Counted from the first letter of the stretch, positions 18,294 through 28,631 are shown. The stretch: 40,018 nt of DNA from an uncultured Staphylococcaceae bacterium (GCA_964453965.1 CAYVQA010000004.1:1-40018); one strand, 5' to 3'. Notes: generated by a model not told the origin, from the letters alone. Program-made: numbers and translations.

Positions 18294-18875
18294 TTGAATA
18301 TGAATTTACCAAATAAAATTACACTCTTTAGATTTTTATTAATTCCTTTGATTGTAATTGTTGATTTAATTAGTCCTTTAAAAGAAGAAGTCTTTTTTGG
18401 ATATCTTACTTTAAATAATATAATAATGGTTGTAATTTTCTTGCTTGGCGCATTTTCAGATTTTTTAGATGGTCACATTGCAAGAAAAAGAAATTTAGTA
18501 ACAAGTTTTGGAAAATTTATGGATCCACTTGCGGATAAAATGTTAGTATTTGCGACTATGGTTTTATTACTTAATCAAGATAATGTTTTAACTGGTTGGG
18601 TAATTATTGTAATGTTAGCACGTGAATTTATGGTTAGTGGATTGAGAATGTTAGCTGCAGAAAAAGGACAAGTAATTGCGGCAGGAATGTTAGGAAAAAT
18701 TAAAACAAATGTTCAATTTTTATTGATTGTTTTATTACTTGTACTTGGCACAATGAATAACTTAGCTGTTAACATTTGTATTTCAATTGTAATGTATGTA
18801 GCAGTATTTTTCACTTTATGGAGTGGAATTGACTATCTAATTAAAGGAAAAAATATAATCTTAGAGTCAAAATAG
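18294..18875 (+). CDS. pgsA: CDP-diacylglycerol--glycerol-3-phosphate 3-phosphatidyltransferase
   Basis: MNLPNKIT start; DFLDGHIARKRNLVTSFGKFMDPLADK CDP-alcohol phosphotransferase motif; GKIKT. Confidence 0.95.
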   Translation: MNMNLPNKITLFRFLLIPLIVIVDLISPLKEEVFFGYLTLNNIIMVVIFLLGAFSDFLDGHIARKRNLVTSFGKFMDPLADKMLVFATMVLLLNQDNVLTGWVIIVMLAREFMVSGLRMLAAEKGQVIAAGMLGKIKTNVQFLLIVLLLVLGTMNNLAVNICISIVMYVAVFFTLWSGIDYLIKGKNIILESK

Positions 18876-18884
18876 GAGGAAAAA

Positions 18885-19913
18885 ATGGCTGAAAAAAAAG
18901 AAAAAGTAGAAACTAGTACTGATTCTCGTGAGAAAGCTTTACAAGAAGCATTTAAAGCAATTGAAAAAGCTCATGGTAAAGGTGCAGTAATGAAACTAGG
19001 AGATCGAGCTCTTGAAGAAATTGAAGTAATTTCGAGTGGCTCAATTGCTTTAGATATGGCACTTGGTGTAGGTGGTTATCCTAAAGGAAGAATTATTGAA
19101 ATTTATGGACCAGAGTCAAGTGGTAAAACAACATTTGCCCTTCATGCGATTGCAGAAGCCCAAAAGAAAGGTGGATATGCGGCATTTATCGATGCAGAAC
19201 ATGCCTTAGATCCATCATATGCTAAAGCTTTAGGTGTAGACATCGATAATTTAATTTTATCACAACCAGATAATGGTGAACAGGCATTAGAAATTGTTGA
19301 CTCATTAGTTAAAAGTAATGCAATTGATATTATCGTAATCGATAGCGTTGCTGCACTAGTTCCAAAGGCGGAAATTGAAGGCGATATGGGTGCTTCACAT
19401 GTTGGTTTGCAAGCAAGATTAATGAGTCAAGCAATGCGAAAACTTGCTGGTACAATTAGTAAAACAAAAACTGTTGCAATTTTTATTAATCAAATAAGAG
19501 AAAAAGTTGGGGTTTTATTTGGAAGTCCCGAGACAACATCTGGCGGTAGAGCTTTAAAGTTTTATGCAACAATCCGTTTAGATGTTAGACGTGTTGATCA
19601 AATAAAACAAGGTACTGAGGCAATTGGAAATATCACAAGAGTAAAAGTTGTCAAAAATAAAGTAGCACCACCATTTAAACAAGCTGAAATTGATTTAATT
19701 TACGGAAAAGGTATTTCTTATACTGGTGAAGTATTAGATATGGCTGTTAATTTAGATATTATTGATAAATCAGGTGCGTGGTTCTCATATAATGGTGAAA
19801 GATTAGGACAAGGCAGAGAAAATGTTAAAGAATATCTTGCTGCTCATCCTGATTTTACAAAAGAAATTGAAACTAAAGTTAGAGAAAATTTAATCGAAAA
19901 AAAGAGTGAATAA
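18885..19913 (+). CDS. recA: Recombinase A
   Basis: [47 protein letters not shown]. Confidence 0.99.
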   Translation: MAEKKEKVETSTDSREKALQEAFKAIEKAHGKGAVMKLGDRALEEIEVISSGSIALDMALGVGGYPKGRIIEIYGPESSGKTTFALHAIAEAQKKGGYAAFIDAEHALDPSYAKALGVDIDNLILSQPDNGEQALEIVDSLVKSNAIDIIVIDSVAALVPKAEIEGDMGASHVGLQARLMSQAMRKLAGTISKTKTVAIFINQIREKVGVLFGSPETTSGGRALKFYATIRLDVRRVDQIKQGTEAIGNITRVKVVKNKVAPPFKQAEIDLIYGKGISYTGEVLDMAVNLDIIDKSGAWFSYNGERLGQGRENVKEYLAAHPDFTKEIETKVRENLIEKKSE

Positions 19914-19915
19914 TA

Positions 19916-20926
19916 ATGATTTATCCAAAATTTTTACAAAAAAATGGTAAAATTAGTTTCATTGCGCCTTCACTTGGTTGTACAACTGAACCATATGAAA
20001 CAAGATTAATCAACGCTAAAAAGGTATTAGAATCTATTGGACATACGGTTGAATGTGGTCCAAATTGTTTTACAAATCTAAAAGCATTAAGCAACACCAA
20101 AGAACTTTGTGCAAAAGAAGTCAATGATTATTTTAGCGATAATACCACAGATATAATTATATCTGTTGGTGGTGGCGAATTAATGTGTGAAATTGTTCCA
20201 TATATTGATTTTAATATTTTAAAGAAAAATCCAAAATGGTTTATGGGCTTTTCTGATAATACTAATTTAACATTTTTACTTACAACTATTTGTGACATCG
20301 CAAGTATTTATGGTCCTTGTGCAGGTCAATTTGGTATTACTCCATGGCATGACTCAATAACTGATGGATACAAATTATTAACAGGCGAAAAACTTACCGT
20401 TAAAGGATATGGTAAATGGGAAAAACAATGGAAAGAATCGGATGATCCATTAGAAGGTTTAAATCTAACTGAAGATACAATCATTACCGCATTCCCAAAA
20501 AATTTTGCAATTGAAGGAAGACTGCTAGGTGGATGTTTAGATGTACTATTATTAACTTTAGGAACAAAATTTGATCATGTAAAAGAATTTGTGGAAAAAT
20601 ATCAAAATGATGGTATTATTTGGTATTTAGAAGCTTGTGATTTAAATGTTATGGTAATTAGAAGAGCTTTTTATCAGTTAGATCAAGCTGGATGGTTTAA
20701 ATATGTTAAAGGTTTTATCATTGGTAGAGCTTTAAATGGTGAAAACGCAATATTAGATATTGATCATATTGAAGCAGTTTATGATGTTATTAAAAAATAT
20801 AATGTTCCTTGTGCTTTTGATGTTGATTTAGGACATTTTGCGCCATCAATGCCAATTATTAATGGTTCATATGGTAAAGTAGTTGTAAAAGATAATGATA
20901 TTGAAATAAAAATGGAATTAAAATAA
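19916..20926 (+). CDS. Peptidase S66 (LD-carboxypeptidase/MccF-like)
   Basis: IAPS, GGGE, GFSDNT (Ser), GRLLGGCL, YLE (Glu), LGH (His). Confidence 0.88.
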   Translation: MIYPKFLQKNGKISFIAPSLGCTTEPYETRLINAKKVLESIGHTVECGPNCFTNLKALSNTKELCAKEVNDYFSDNTTDIIISVGGGELMCEIVPYIDFNILKKNPKWFMGFSDNTNLTFLLTTICDIASIYGPCAGQFGITPWHDSITDGYKLLTGEKLTVKGYGKWEKQWKESDDPLEGLNLTEDTIITAFPKNFAIEGRLLGGCLDVLLLTLGTKFDHVKEFVEKYQNDGIIWYLEACDLNVMVIRRAFYQLDQAGWFKYVKGFIIGRALNGENAILDIDHIEAVYDVIKKYNVPCAFDVDLGHFAPSMPIINGSYGKVVVKDNDIEIKMELK

Positions 20927-20940
20927 ATTTAAAAAAAATG

Positions 20941-20974
20941 AAAACAGGCCAAAATGATGACCTGTTTTATTTTA
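20941..20974. terminator. Bidirectional terminator
   Basis: AAAACAGGcC-aaaatgat-GaCCTGTTTT between convergent genes. Confidence 0.7.
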
Positions 20975-20976
20975 TA

Positions 20977-21591
20977 TTAATGTTTAAAAAAATCTTTATA
21001 TACAATATCAACTTGATCAAGATAACACAATCTAGGATTAAAACCAACTTTAACTTCGAATCCTTCATTTTCAAATATTTCAAATGGGATACTTTTTTCA
21101 CCGCCACTTAATGATTTTTCATAATAATTAAGTAAAGATTCAATTTTAAAAATAAAGACACGATTATAAATAGAAAATTCAATTAATAAAAATGCAATAC
21201 CACCATGTTCTTTTATTTTTCTTAAATGTTCAATTTGATGTGGATAGATATTTTTGAATGCAAATCGTTTTTCATGACAACTCTTAGCTTCAAAATCAAT
21301 GTAAATTCCTTTGTAAATGCCATTATAATCAGTTGTAGATGGTGTTTTATAATAAGCCTCACTGATTTTAGCTTTGTTACGCGATGGATAGTCAACTTTA
21401 ACGATTTGAATTGGAGTAGGTTTTTTATAAATAACTGCACGATTTATTTTTAAATAGTAATTATTTGATTCATTGATTGCGTCTTCAAAACTAACCCCTA
21501 AATGTGATTTTTTAAGATTTTTGGTTTTCTTAATTGGATTTTCTAAAATTGTATTTTTAGGCTTTTGACCATTTGGATATTTAATTTGCAT
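20977..21591 (-). CDS. recU: Holliday junction resolvase RecU
   Basis: IKYPNG, KKPTPIQIVKVDYP, AYYKTPSTTDYNGIYKGIYIDFEAK, HQIEHL; start moved to ATG 21591 after GGAGG. Confidence 0.95.
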   Translation of the reverse strand: MQIKYPNGQKPKNTILENPIKKTKNLKKSHLGVSFEDAINESNNYYLKINRAVIYKKPTPIQIVKVDYPSRNKAKISEAYYKTPSTTDYNGIYKGIYIDFEAKSCHEKRFAFKNIYPHQIEHLRKIKEHGGIAFLLIEFSIYNRVFIFKIESLLNYYEKSLSGGEKSIPFEIFENEGFEVKVGFNPRLCYLDQVDIVYKDFFKH

Positions 21592-21611
21592 AGTAATCCT
21601 CCATTTATAAA

Positions 21612-21640
21612 ATTTTACCACAAAATAAAAAAACTAGCAA
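21612..21640 (-). promoter_or_regulatory. SigA promoter of recU
   Basis: TTGCTA-N17-TAAAAT with TG extension on the minus strand. Confidence 0.65.
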
Positions 21641-21702
21641 CTAAAATAATATATTAGATTAAAATATTATAATAGCATATATTATTAATGTGGAGGTTAA
21701 AA

Positions 21703-22269
21703 ATGATACTTACAATTAATACATTAAAAAATTTAAAAAGCAATGAATCAGTGTATAACATTGTGAATATAAAAGAAATTAGTGATAGTAATGAAAAATT
21801 GCAAAATGAAATTAAAAATAATGAGATAGAAGGAATAATTTTTATAACTGATGATATTTTAAAAAATATTAAATTAATAGTTTTTTTAATGGATATTGAT
21901 GTTACATTAATAGTAGTTATTCCGAATAAAATAGATTATCAAAAAAATTTGCGTTTTGAAAACATTTTAGGTGTTCCAATTATTCAAAATATAAAAAATA
22001 TACCAAATATTTTAAATAAAAAATACATTAAAAACACTATACCTCATCTTAATAATTCAATTGAAAAAGCTATTAATTTAATTGAAAAACAATTAAAAGA
22101 AAATAAAAATGTTAAAAGATATATTGCAATGCAAATAATTTATGAAAATCCTTATTATCTGGCATATTTAAAAAATACTAATATCAAGATAATTAAAGAA
22201 AACTTAGATTATATATTAAATGGAAAAACAATTGACATAATTGATGATACAATTAATTTGATTAAATAG
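21703..22269 (+). CDS. Hypothetical soluble protein resembling a degenerate FeoB cytoplasmic domain
   Basis: RBS GGAGG before ATG 21703; LIVVIPNKID...ILGVPII and SIEKAINLIE...RYIAMQII recall the FeoB G4/G5 region and helical domain; no P-loop. Confidence 0.45.
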   Translation: MILTINTLKNLKSNESVYNIVNIKEISDSNEKLQNEIKNNEIEGIIFITDDILKNIKLIVFLMDIDVTLIVVIPNKIDYQKNLRFENILGVPIIQNIKNIPNILNKKYIKNTIPHLNNSIEKAINLIEKQLKENKNVKRYIAMQIIYENPYYLAYLKNTNIKIIKENLDYILNGKTIDIIDDTINLIK

Positions 22270-22353
22270 GAAAAAATTTAATAGCAAATTCAAGAAAAAT
22301 AAAATAAGGAAGATAGAATTGTAAATTTTATCGGAAACTATTATTTTATTTGT

Positions 22354-22382
22354 TTGACTTTTTTAATGAAATAATGTATAAT
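22354..22382 (+). promoter_or_regulatory. SigA promoter of rny-ymdB
   Basis: TTGACT-N17-TATAAT; 5' UTR hairpin TTTTATCGA...TTGATAAAA at about 22402-22428. Confidence 0.8.
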
Positions 22383-22449
22383 ATATTTATACGAAATAAA
22401 ATTTTTATCGATTATGATTTGATAAAATATATAGAAGGAGAAAAATAAA

Positions 22450-24105
22450 ATGCCAAAATTATTATTACTTAGTAGTAGTTTTATGGTATCGGGATGGGTT
22501 CTCATTATCGTTATATTTATTGCTCTTGCGGGTGCTGGTGTAGGTATTTATTTAGTTACAAAAAAATCTTATGCTCGTGGTAATACTGATGGATTTAACA
22601 AAGGTGTTACAGAAGGAACTAAGCAAACTGAAGATAAATATCATAAGCTTGGCAAAGAAGCAGAAAAGATTATTGATGATGCATATAAAGAAGCAGAAAA
22701 AAACAAAAAAGATTTAATTTCTGAAGCAAAATCAGAAATTGCATCTTTAAAAGCTAGTCATGAAAAAGAAGTAAGAGAGAAAAAAGCTGAATTACAAGAT
22801 CAAGATAAAAAACTTGAACGTAGGGAAGCTGCTCTTGATTCACGTTCAATTAATTTAGATAAACGTGAAGATAGTTTAATTGCAAAAGAAAATAAACTAG
22901 AAACACGTCGAAATGAAGTTGAAAAACGTAGCGAAAAAGTTGAAGAATTAATCCAAGACCAAGAAAAGAAACTACAAGAAATTGCAGGATTATCAAATAG
23001 TGATGCCCGTGCAATAGTTTTAGAAAAAGTCGAAAATGAAATGTCAAACGAAATTGCCATTTATATTAAAGACGAAGTTGAAAAAGCGAAATATGAAGTG
23101 ACACGTAAATCACAAGTTATTTTAGCAAATGCAATTCAACAATATGCGAATGAAACTGTTCAAGAAAAAACTGTTTCTGTTGTTGCTCTTCCAAATGATG
23201 AAATGAAAGGACGAATCATCGGAAGAGAAGGAAGAAATATTCGTGCAATTGAACAAGTAACAGGAGTTGACTTAATTATAGATGACACACCTGATTCTGT
23301 TGTAATTTCTTGCTTTGATCCAATTAGAAGAGAAATTGCAAGAAGAACTTTAGAAGTATTAGTTACAGATGGTAGAATTCAACCACCTCGCATAGAAGAA
23401 GTTTATAGCAAATGTACAAAAGAACTTGAAATGGAAATGCGCGAAGAAGGTGAAAAAGCTGTATTCGAAGCAGGTGTTGGAAAAATTCATCCTGAACTTG
23501 TTAAACTAATCGGGCGCTTACACTTTAGAACTAGTTATGGTCAAAATGCTTTAGCACATTCAAAAGAAGTTGCATTTCTTGCTGGAAAGTTAGCAGCAGA
23601 AATTGGTGAAGATGAAGTTTTAGCAAGAAGGGCAGGATTATTACATGACATCGGTAAAGCAACTGACCATGAACAAGAAGGAAGCCACGTTGATATTGGG
23701 GTTGAACTTGCGACTAAATTTAGAGAAAATGAAACAGTAATTGATGCTATTGCATCTCACCATGGTGATACTGAAGCAAAAACAATTATTGCACACTTAG
23801 TTGCGGCAGCCGATACTTTATCTGCAGCACGTCCAGGTGCACGTTCCGAATCTTTAGATAGCTATATTAAGAGATTACAACAACTTGAAGACTTAACAAA
23901 TGAATTTAAAGGTGTTGAAAAAGCATATGCTCTTCAAGCAGGTCGTGAAGTTAGAATTATGGTAAAACCAGATGAAGTTGACGATGCAGCTGCATACAAA
24001 CTTGCTCATGATATTAAAGCAAAAATCGAATCAACAATGCAATATCCTGGTACAATTAAAATCGTTGTAATTAGAGAAACTCGAGCTCAAGAAGTTGCTC
24101 GCTAG
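22450..24105 (+). CDS. rny: Ribonuclease Y
   Basis: N-terminal TM, coiled coil, KH domain ([14 protein letters not shown]), HD domain (GLLHDIGK), [13 protein letters not shown]. Confidence 0.98.
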   Translation: MPKLLLLSSSFMVSGWVLIIVIFIALAGAGVGIYLVTKKSYARGNTDGFNKGVTEGTKQTEDKYHKLGKEAEKIIDDAYKEAEKNKKDLISEAKSEIASLKASHEKEVREKKAELQDQDKKLERREAALDSRSINLDKREDSLIAKENKLETRRNEVEKRSEKVEELIQDQEKKLQEIAGLSNSDARAIVLEKVENEMSNEIAIYIKDEVEKAKYEVTRKSQVILANAIQQYANETVQEKTVSVVALPNDEMKGRIIGREGRNIRAIEQVTGVDLIIDDTPDSVVISCFDPIRREIARRTLEVLVTDGRIQPPRIEEVYSKCTKELEMEMREEGEKAVFEAGVGKIHPELVKLIGRLHFRTSYGQNALAHSKEVAFLAGKLAAEIGEDEVLARRAGLLHDIGKATDHEQEGSHVDIGVELATKFRENETVIDAIASHHGDTEAKTIIAHLVAAADTLSAARPGARSESLDSYIKRLQQLEDLTNEFKGVEKAYALQAGREVRIMVKPDEVDDAAAYKLAHDIKAKIESTMQYPGTIKIVVIRETRAQEVAR

Positions 24106-24118
24106 AAAGATTTAAAAA

Positions 24119-24895
24119 ATGCGTATTTTATTAGTTGGTGACATTTTTAGTGTTGCTGGTAGGGAGATGTTTGAAGAAACACTTCCAAAATTAAAAGAAA
24201 AATATCAATTAAATTTTATTATCGCTAATGGCGAAAACATAGCTCACGGCAATGGTATTACTGAAAAATATTATCAGTTTTTACTTGCCAATCATGTTGA
24301 CGTAGTTACAATGGGAAATCATACATTTGGTAATACGGATATTTTAAGATTTATCGATAATGCTAAAAAGTTAGTGCGACCATTAAATTATCCAAGTGGT
24401 GTACCTGGTCAAGGTTATGTCACAATTAATTATAATCAAACCAAAATAACTGTTTTTCAAGTTCTTGGAAGAACATTTGATAACAATGCACTTGATTGTC
24501 CTTTTAAAAAGACCGAAGAACTTTTGGAAAACGTAAAAAGCGATTTATATATTTGTGATTTTCATGGTGAAGCTACATCAGAAAAAATAGCCTATGGGTT
24601 GTATTTTGATGGCAAAATAGACATCATTGTTGGAACGCATACACACGTGCAAACAAATGATGCTAGAATCTTGCCAAAAGGTACAATGTACATGACTGAC
24701 TTAGGAATGACAGGCGCTCTTAATGGTGTCATAGGTGTTAATCCTAATATGATTATTAAAAAATTTTTAACAGGAATGCCTACAAGACATGTTCCAATGG
24801 AAGAAGGCAAACGACAATTCTGTGGACTTGTTGTAGATATTAATGAAACAAACCATAAAGTGACATCTTTCGACATTGTAAATATAGTAAAATAA
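24119..24895 (+). CDS. ymdB: YmdB-family 2',3'-cyclic-nucleotide phosphodiesterase
   Basis: GDI, ANGEN, TMGNH, RPLNYP, DFHGEATSEK, GTHTHVQT, TDLGMTG; follows rny. Confidence 0.95.
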   Translation: MRILLVGDIFSVAGREMFEETLPKLKEKYQLNFIIANGENIAHGNGITEKYYQFLLANHVDVVTMGNHTFGNTDILRFIDNAKKLVRPLNYPSGVPGQGYVTINYNQTKITVFQVLGRTFDNNALDCPFKKTEELLENVKSDLYICDFHGEATSEKIAYGLYFDGKIDIIVGTHTHVQTNDARILPKGTMYMTDLGMTGALNGVIGVNPNMIIKKFLTGMPTRHVPMEEGKRQFCGLVVDINETNHKVTSFDIVNIVK

Positions 24896-24967
24896 TATTG
24901 GTAATAGAAAATTACTATTACTGATGAATAAATACTATATTATTTAAGAAATGAAAGGGGAAAAATT

Positions 24968-25231
24968 ATGGAAGTATTAAAAGTTTCATCAAAATCAAAA
25001 CCAAATTCAGTAGCGGGAGCTCTTGCGAATGCTTTTCGTGAAAAAGAAAAAGTTGAAATTCAAGCAGTTGGAGCTGGCTCACTAAACCAAGCAGTAAAAG
25101 CAATTGCTATCGCAAGAGGTTACGTTGCACCAATGGGGAAAGATTTAGTTTGTATTCCTGCCTTCAGTGATATTGTCATTGATGGTGAAGAAAGAACAGC
25201 AATAAAGTTTATTGTTGAAAGTCTAAGATAA
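24968..25231 (+). CDS. spoVS: Stage V sporulation protein S
   Basis: MEVLKVSSKSKPNSVAGALA...GAGSLNQAVKAIAIARG...CIPAF...GEERTAIK. Confidence 0.97.
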   Translation: MEVLKVSSKSKPNSVAGALANAFREKEKVEIQAVGAGSLNQAVKAIAIARGYVAPMGKDLVCIPAFSDIVIDGEERTAIKFIVESLR

Positions 25232-25237
25232 AAGAAG

Positions 25238-25261
25238 AAAAGTTGGCTTTGCCAACTTTTT
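25238..25261 (+). terminator. Intrinsic terminator/hairpin after spoVS
   Basis: AAAAGTTGGC-TTT-GCCAACTTTTT. Confidence 0.75.
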
Positions 25262-25276
25262 GCATAGGAGGAAAAA

Positions 25277-25846
25277 ATGGCAAGTTTACCAACTCTAGTA
25301 ACCAATCGTCTCATATTGCGTAATATTGGCTTTCAAGATATTAAGGATATGTATGAATATGCTTCAACCGATAAAGTTGGCCCAACTGCCGGATGGCCAC
25401 CTCATAAATCTCTTCGAGATACAGAAAATGTTATTACATCTTTTATTAATAGTCAAAAAATTGGTGAATTAGGTGTATGGGCAATTGTTTTAAAAGAAAA
25501 CCACAAAATGATTGGCACAATCGAATTATACAATTGGGCTTTTAGATTTTCAGCAGAATTAGGATATTCTTTAAATCCTAATTATTGGGGCAATGGAATT
25601 GTCTGTGAAGCAGGAGAAAAAGTATTAGAATTTGCATTTAAAGAATTACGTTTAAAAAGAGTTGAAGCGGGTACTTTTGAATCAAATCACCAATCAATGC
25701 GGGTATGTGAAAAATTAGGATTTAGAAAAGAAGGAATTTTACGAAATTCTTATTTGCGATATGATGGAGTTGTTTTCGATAAAGTAGTATATGGAATTAC
25801 TGATTACGATTATTATCAAAATAAAATAATAGAAATGGAAAAATAA
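25277..25846 (+). CDS. GNAT N-acetyltransferase, RimJ/RimL family
   Basis: LVTNRLILR, AELGYSL...YWGNG, NHQSMRVCEKLGFRKEG. Confidence 0.9.
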   Translation: MASLPTLVTNRLILRNIGFQDIKDMYEYASTDKVGPTAGWPPHKSLRDTENVITSFINSQKIGELGVWAIVLKENHKMIGTIELYNWAFRFSAELGYSLNPNYWGNGIVCEAGEKVLEFAFKELRLKRVEAGTFESNHQSMRVCEKLGFRKEGILRNSYLRYDGVVFDKVVYGITDYDYYQNKIIEMEK

Positions 25847-25849
25847 ATC

Positions 25850-27313
25850 ATGAAAAAAGAAAAAGATTACAGTAAATATTTTGCGCCATCAATAAAAGAT
25901 GCAAGAAAAAGATTTAGAGAAAATGTAAAATTTATTGATTTTAATTTAGATCCTAAATATGAAAATTTAGGACTTGGTTTAACATATTCGTTAAAAACAT
26001 ACGGATGTCAAGGTAATGTGGCTGATAGTGAAAAAATAGCTGGTATATTAGAAAAAATGGGATTTACTTATAATGAAAAAGAAGAAGAAGCAAATCTAAT
26101 TATTTTTAATACCTGTGCTATAAGAGAAAATGCGGAAGAAAGAGTTTTTGGTGAATTAGGAAGAATTAGAAAATATAAAAAACATAATCCAAATTTAATT
26201 GTTGGTATTTGTGGATGTATGCCTCAAGAGGAAAAAACAATTCTTGCAATAAAGAAAAAAGCACCACACCTTGATTTAGTATTTGGAACACATAATATTA
26301 CAAGTTTACCAGAATATTTATATGACGTTATCAAAGAATCAAAAAAAGTCGTTGAAGTAAAATCAATTGAAGGTGATGTTTACGAAAATGTACCTGTAAA
26401 ACGTGATAGCGATAAAAAAGCATGGGTAAACATCATGTATGGATGTGATGAATTTTGTACTTACTGTATTGTTCCATATACAAGAGGAAAAGAACGTTCA
26501 AGACATCCTGAAGCGATTATTAAAGAAGTTGAAGAACTTGCAAATAATGGTTATGTTGAAGTCACATTACTAGGGCAAAATGTAAATGCTTATGGAAAAG
26601 ATTTAACGGATATAAACTATTCATTTGGCGATTTACTTAAAGATTTAAACAAAATAAAAATTCAAAGAATTCGTTATACAACTTCTCACCCACGTGATTT
26701 AGACGATAAAACAATTGACGCAATGGCTCTAGGCGGAAATATTATGCCAAGCTTACATTTGCCAGTTCAATCAGGAAACAATGAAGTCTTAAAACGAATG
26801 AACAGAAAATACACAAGAGAAGAATATCTTGATAAAATAAAAAAATTAAAAGAAAAAGTTCCAGGTATAAGTATTACAACAGACATCATTGTTGCATTTC
26901 CTGGTGAAACAGAAGAACAATTTTTAGATACCCTATCACTTGTTAAAGAAGTTGAATATGAAGGAGCGTATACATTTATTTATTCACCTCGAGAAGGTAC
27001 TCCTGCCGCAACTTACGAAAATCCTTTAACAGAAGAACAAAAACATGAAAGACTTGATCAATTATTAGAAGTAGTAAATGACTACTCATATCGCGGAAAT
27101 ATAAAATATGAAGGAAAAGTAGTTGAAGTATTAGTTGAAGGTTTCAGTAAAAATAAAGAAAATATGTTGACGGGCTATTCAAGACATAACAAATTAGTTA
27201 ATTTTTCAGGTGATGAATCTTTAATTGGCAAAGTTGTCAATGTGAAAATTGAAAAAGCTTATAGTTGGCATCTTCAAGGAAAAGTAACAGATCAAAAAGA
27301 AATTGATGAATAA
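25850..27313 (+). CDS. miaB: tRNA-2-methylthio-N6-dimethylallyladenosine synthase
   Basis: TYGCQ, NTCAIRENAE, CGCMPQ, radical-SAM GCDEFCTYCIVP, HLPVQSG, C-terminal TRAM domain. Confidence 0.96.
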   Translation: MKKEKDYSKYFAPSIKDARKRFRENVKFIDFNLDPKYENLGLGLTYSLKTYGCQGNVADSEKIAGILEKMGFTYNEKEEEANLIIFNTCAIRENAEERVFGELGRIRKYKKHNPNLIVGICGCMPQEEKTILAIKKKAPHLDLVFGTHNITSLPEYLYDVIKESKKVVEVKSIEGDVYENVPVKRDSDKKAWVNIMYGCDEFCTYCIVPYTRGKERSRHPEAIIKEVEELANNGYVEVTLLGQNVNAYGKDLTDINYSFGDLLKDLNKIKIQRIRYTTSHPRDLDDKTIDAMALGGNIMPSLHLPVQSGNNEVLKRMNRKYTREEYLDKIKKLKEKVPGISITTDIIVAFPGETEEQFLDTLSLVKEVEYEGAYTFIYSPREGTPAATYENPLTEEQKHERLDQLLEVVNDYSYRGNIKYEGKVVEVLVEGFSKNKENMLTGYSRHNKLVNFSGDESLIGKVVNVKIEKAYSWHLQGKVTDQKEIDE

Positions 27314-27318
27314 AATTT

Positions 27319-27358
27319 AAAAGTAGGAATGTCATTTTGAATTATTCCTGCTTTTTTT
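27319..27358 (+). terminator. Intrinsic terminator after miaB
   Basis: AAAAGTAGGAAT-N13-ATTCCTGCTTTT plus T-run. Confidence 0.7.
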
Positions 27359-27572
27359 ATTACTTATATGTAGCATATGTATTCATAAAGGCATATTTAG
27401 ATGTAAAATTTTAAAAAAAACGAAAAATACAATAATAAAAAATAAGATCAATGTATGTTTATAAACTAAACATAAAACAATAATTAAAAGTATATAATGT
27501 TACAAGAAAGAAAAAAACGGATCGTCACACAAATAATATTAATGAATATATTAATATTGAGGAGGGATATTT

Positions 27573-28100
27573 TTGAGCGAAGTAAGAGAAATTGTAACAA
27601 GAGCCGTTGTAGCAAAAGGCAAAAAAATCTTTCGAATAACAGATACAATTAATCCGGCAACTGACGCCACAAGTGTACTAGGCTGTTGGATTATTAATCA
27701 TGAATTTGAAGCTAACTTAAATGAAAAAAGCAAGAAAGTAGAACTTTCTGGTTCTTTTGAAATTGATGTATGGTATGCGGATGATAATAATTGTCACACA
27801 GAAATTGCAAGACATACTTCAAATTATAATGGAACAATTAAAGTTAGAGAAATAATTTGTGATAATGTTATTAGTGAACATTGTGATACTGTTGCGAGAA
27901 TTATTCAACAACCAACTTGCACAAATGCGAAAATAACTGATTGTGGTATAGAAGTAGATGTGGTATTTGAAGTTATAGTTGAAGTGATTGGTGAAACAAA
28001 AATGGTAATTACAGTTTTTGAACAATGCGATACAATTGATGCCTGTGATGATTTCGAAAACGAAATAAACGAAGATTTTCTAAATGAAAATCAAACATAG
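27573..28100 (+). CDS. cotE: Outer spore coat morphogenetic protein CotE
   Basis: REIVTRAVVAKG, SVLGCWIINH, IDVWY, QQPTC, VEVIGETK, acidic tail; TTG start with GGAGGG; downstream of miaB as in Bacillus. Confidence 0.93.
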   Translation: MSEVREIVTRAVVAKGKKIFRITDTINPATDATSVLGCWIINHEFEANLNEKSKKVELSGSFEIDVWYADDNNCHTEIARHTSNYNGTIKVREIICDNVISEHCDTVARIIQQPTCTNAKITDCGIEVDVVFEVIVEVIGETKMVITVFEQCDTIDACDDFENEINEDFLNENQT

Positions 28101-28111
28101 GAGTGACTTCT

Positions 28112-28546
28112 TTGAATTATCATATCGTGAGAAATGGCGAAACAATTGAAAAAATTGCATTAATTTATAATTTAGATGTAATAGAAATTAAGGAAGTTAA
28201 TAAACATATTAAAAAATTTAATAATTTAGTCCCAGGTTTAAGATTAAAACTTCCAGAAATTTCTGATAGTATAACATTAGAATTAAATGACGTCGAACCA
28301 TTTATAGAAGATTATTATCCAAAACTTTCGAGCTACGATGAAGTATATACACCAGTTGAAGAAATAAAGAAAGAAGAAATTATTGATGCAATGCCTATAA
28401 AAGAAGAAATGAAAAAACAACCAAATAATGAAATAAATTTAAAATACGTTAAACCAAAAGTTGTAAAACCAATTTATTATAATCCTTATTATTATCCATA
28501 TTATTATTACCCGTATTATAATTATTATCAAAAACGGGTAAAATAG
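28112..28546 (+). CDS. LysM-domain spore coat assembly protein, SafA/ExsA-like (short)
   Basis: YHIVRNGETIEKIA...N...LVPGLRLKLP LysM of the SafA type; C-terminal YYNPYYYPYYYYPYYNYY; TTG 28112 preferred (RBS AGGAG). Confidence 0.75.
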   Translation: MNYHIVRNGETIEKIALIYNLDVIEIKEVNKHIKKFNNLVPGLRLKLPEISDSITLELNDVEPFIEDYYPKLSSYDEVYTPVEEIKKEEIIDAMPIKEEMKKQPNNEINLKYVKPKVVKPIYYNPYYYPYYYYPYYNYYQKRVK

Positions 28547-28569
28547 GTTAGGAGAAATCCTAACTTTTT
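28545..28569 (+). terminator. Intrinsic terminator
   Basis: GTTAGGA-GAAA-TCCTAAC-TTTTT (GNRA loop). Confidence 0.85.
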
Positions 28570-28585
28570 CAAATTTTTTAAAAAA

Positions 28586-28612
28586 TTAGCACTTAGCTCT
28601 TGACAGTGCTAA
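28586..28612. promoter_or_regulatory. CIRCE element 1 (HrcA operator, 2 mismatches) overlapping the -35
   Basis: TTAGCACTt-N9-cAGTGCTAA. Confidence 0.85.
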
Positions 28613-28628
28613 ATAAAAGTGGTATAAT
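28600..28628 (+). promoter_or_regulatory. Consensus SigA promoter of clpB
   Basis: TTGACA-N17-TATAAT with TG extension. Confidence 0.92.
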
Positions 28629-28631
28629 ATA

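Noticed and set aside
18200-18885. LexA (Cheo) box for recA
   Set aside because: No CGAAC-N4-GTTCG-like site found upstream of pgsA or recA
19916-20926. MccF microcin C immunity
   Set aside because: The S66 family includes ordinary LD-carboxypeptidases; no microcin genes nearby; specificity cannot be read from sequence
24119-24895. Functional link between ymdB (biofilm regulator in B. subtilis) and the TasA-like locus
   Set aside because: ymdB sits in its usual rny-ymdB-spoVS context; proximity is explained by conserved synteny
27314-27572. ymcA/ricA remnant or ncRNA in the miaB-cotE gap
   Set aside because: AT-rich, no ORF or recognisable RNA structure beyond the terminator
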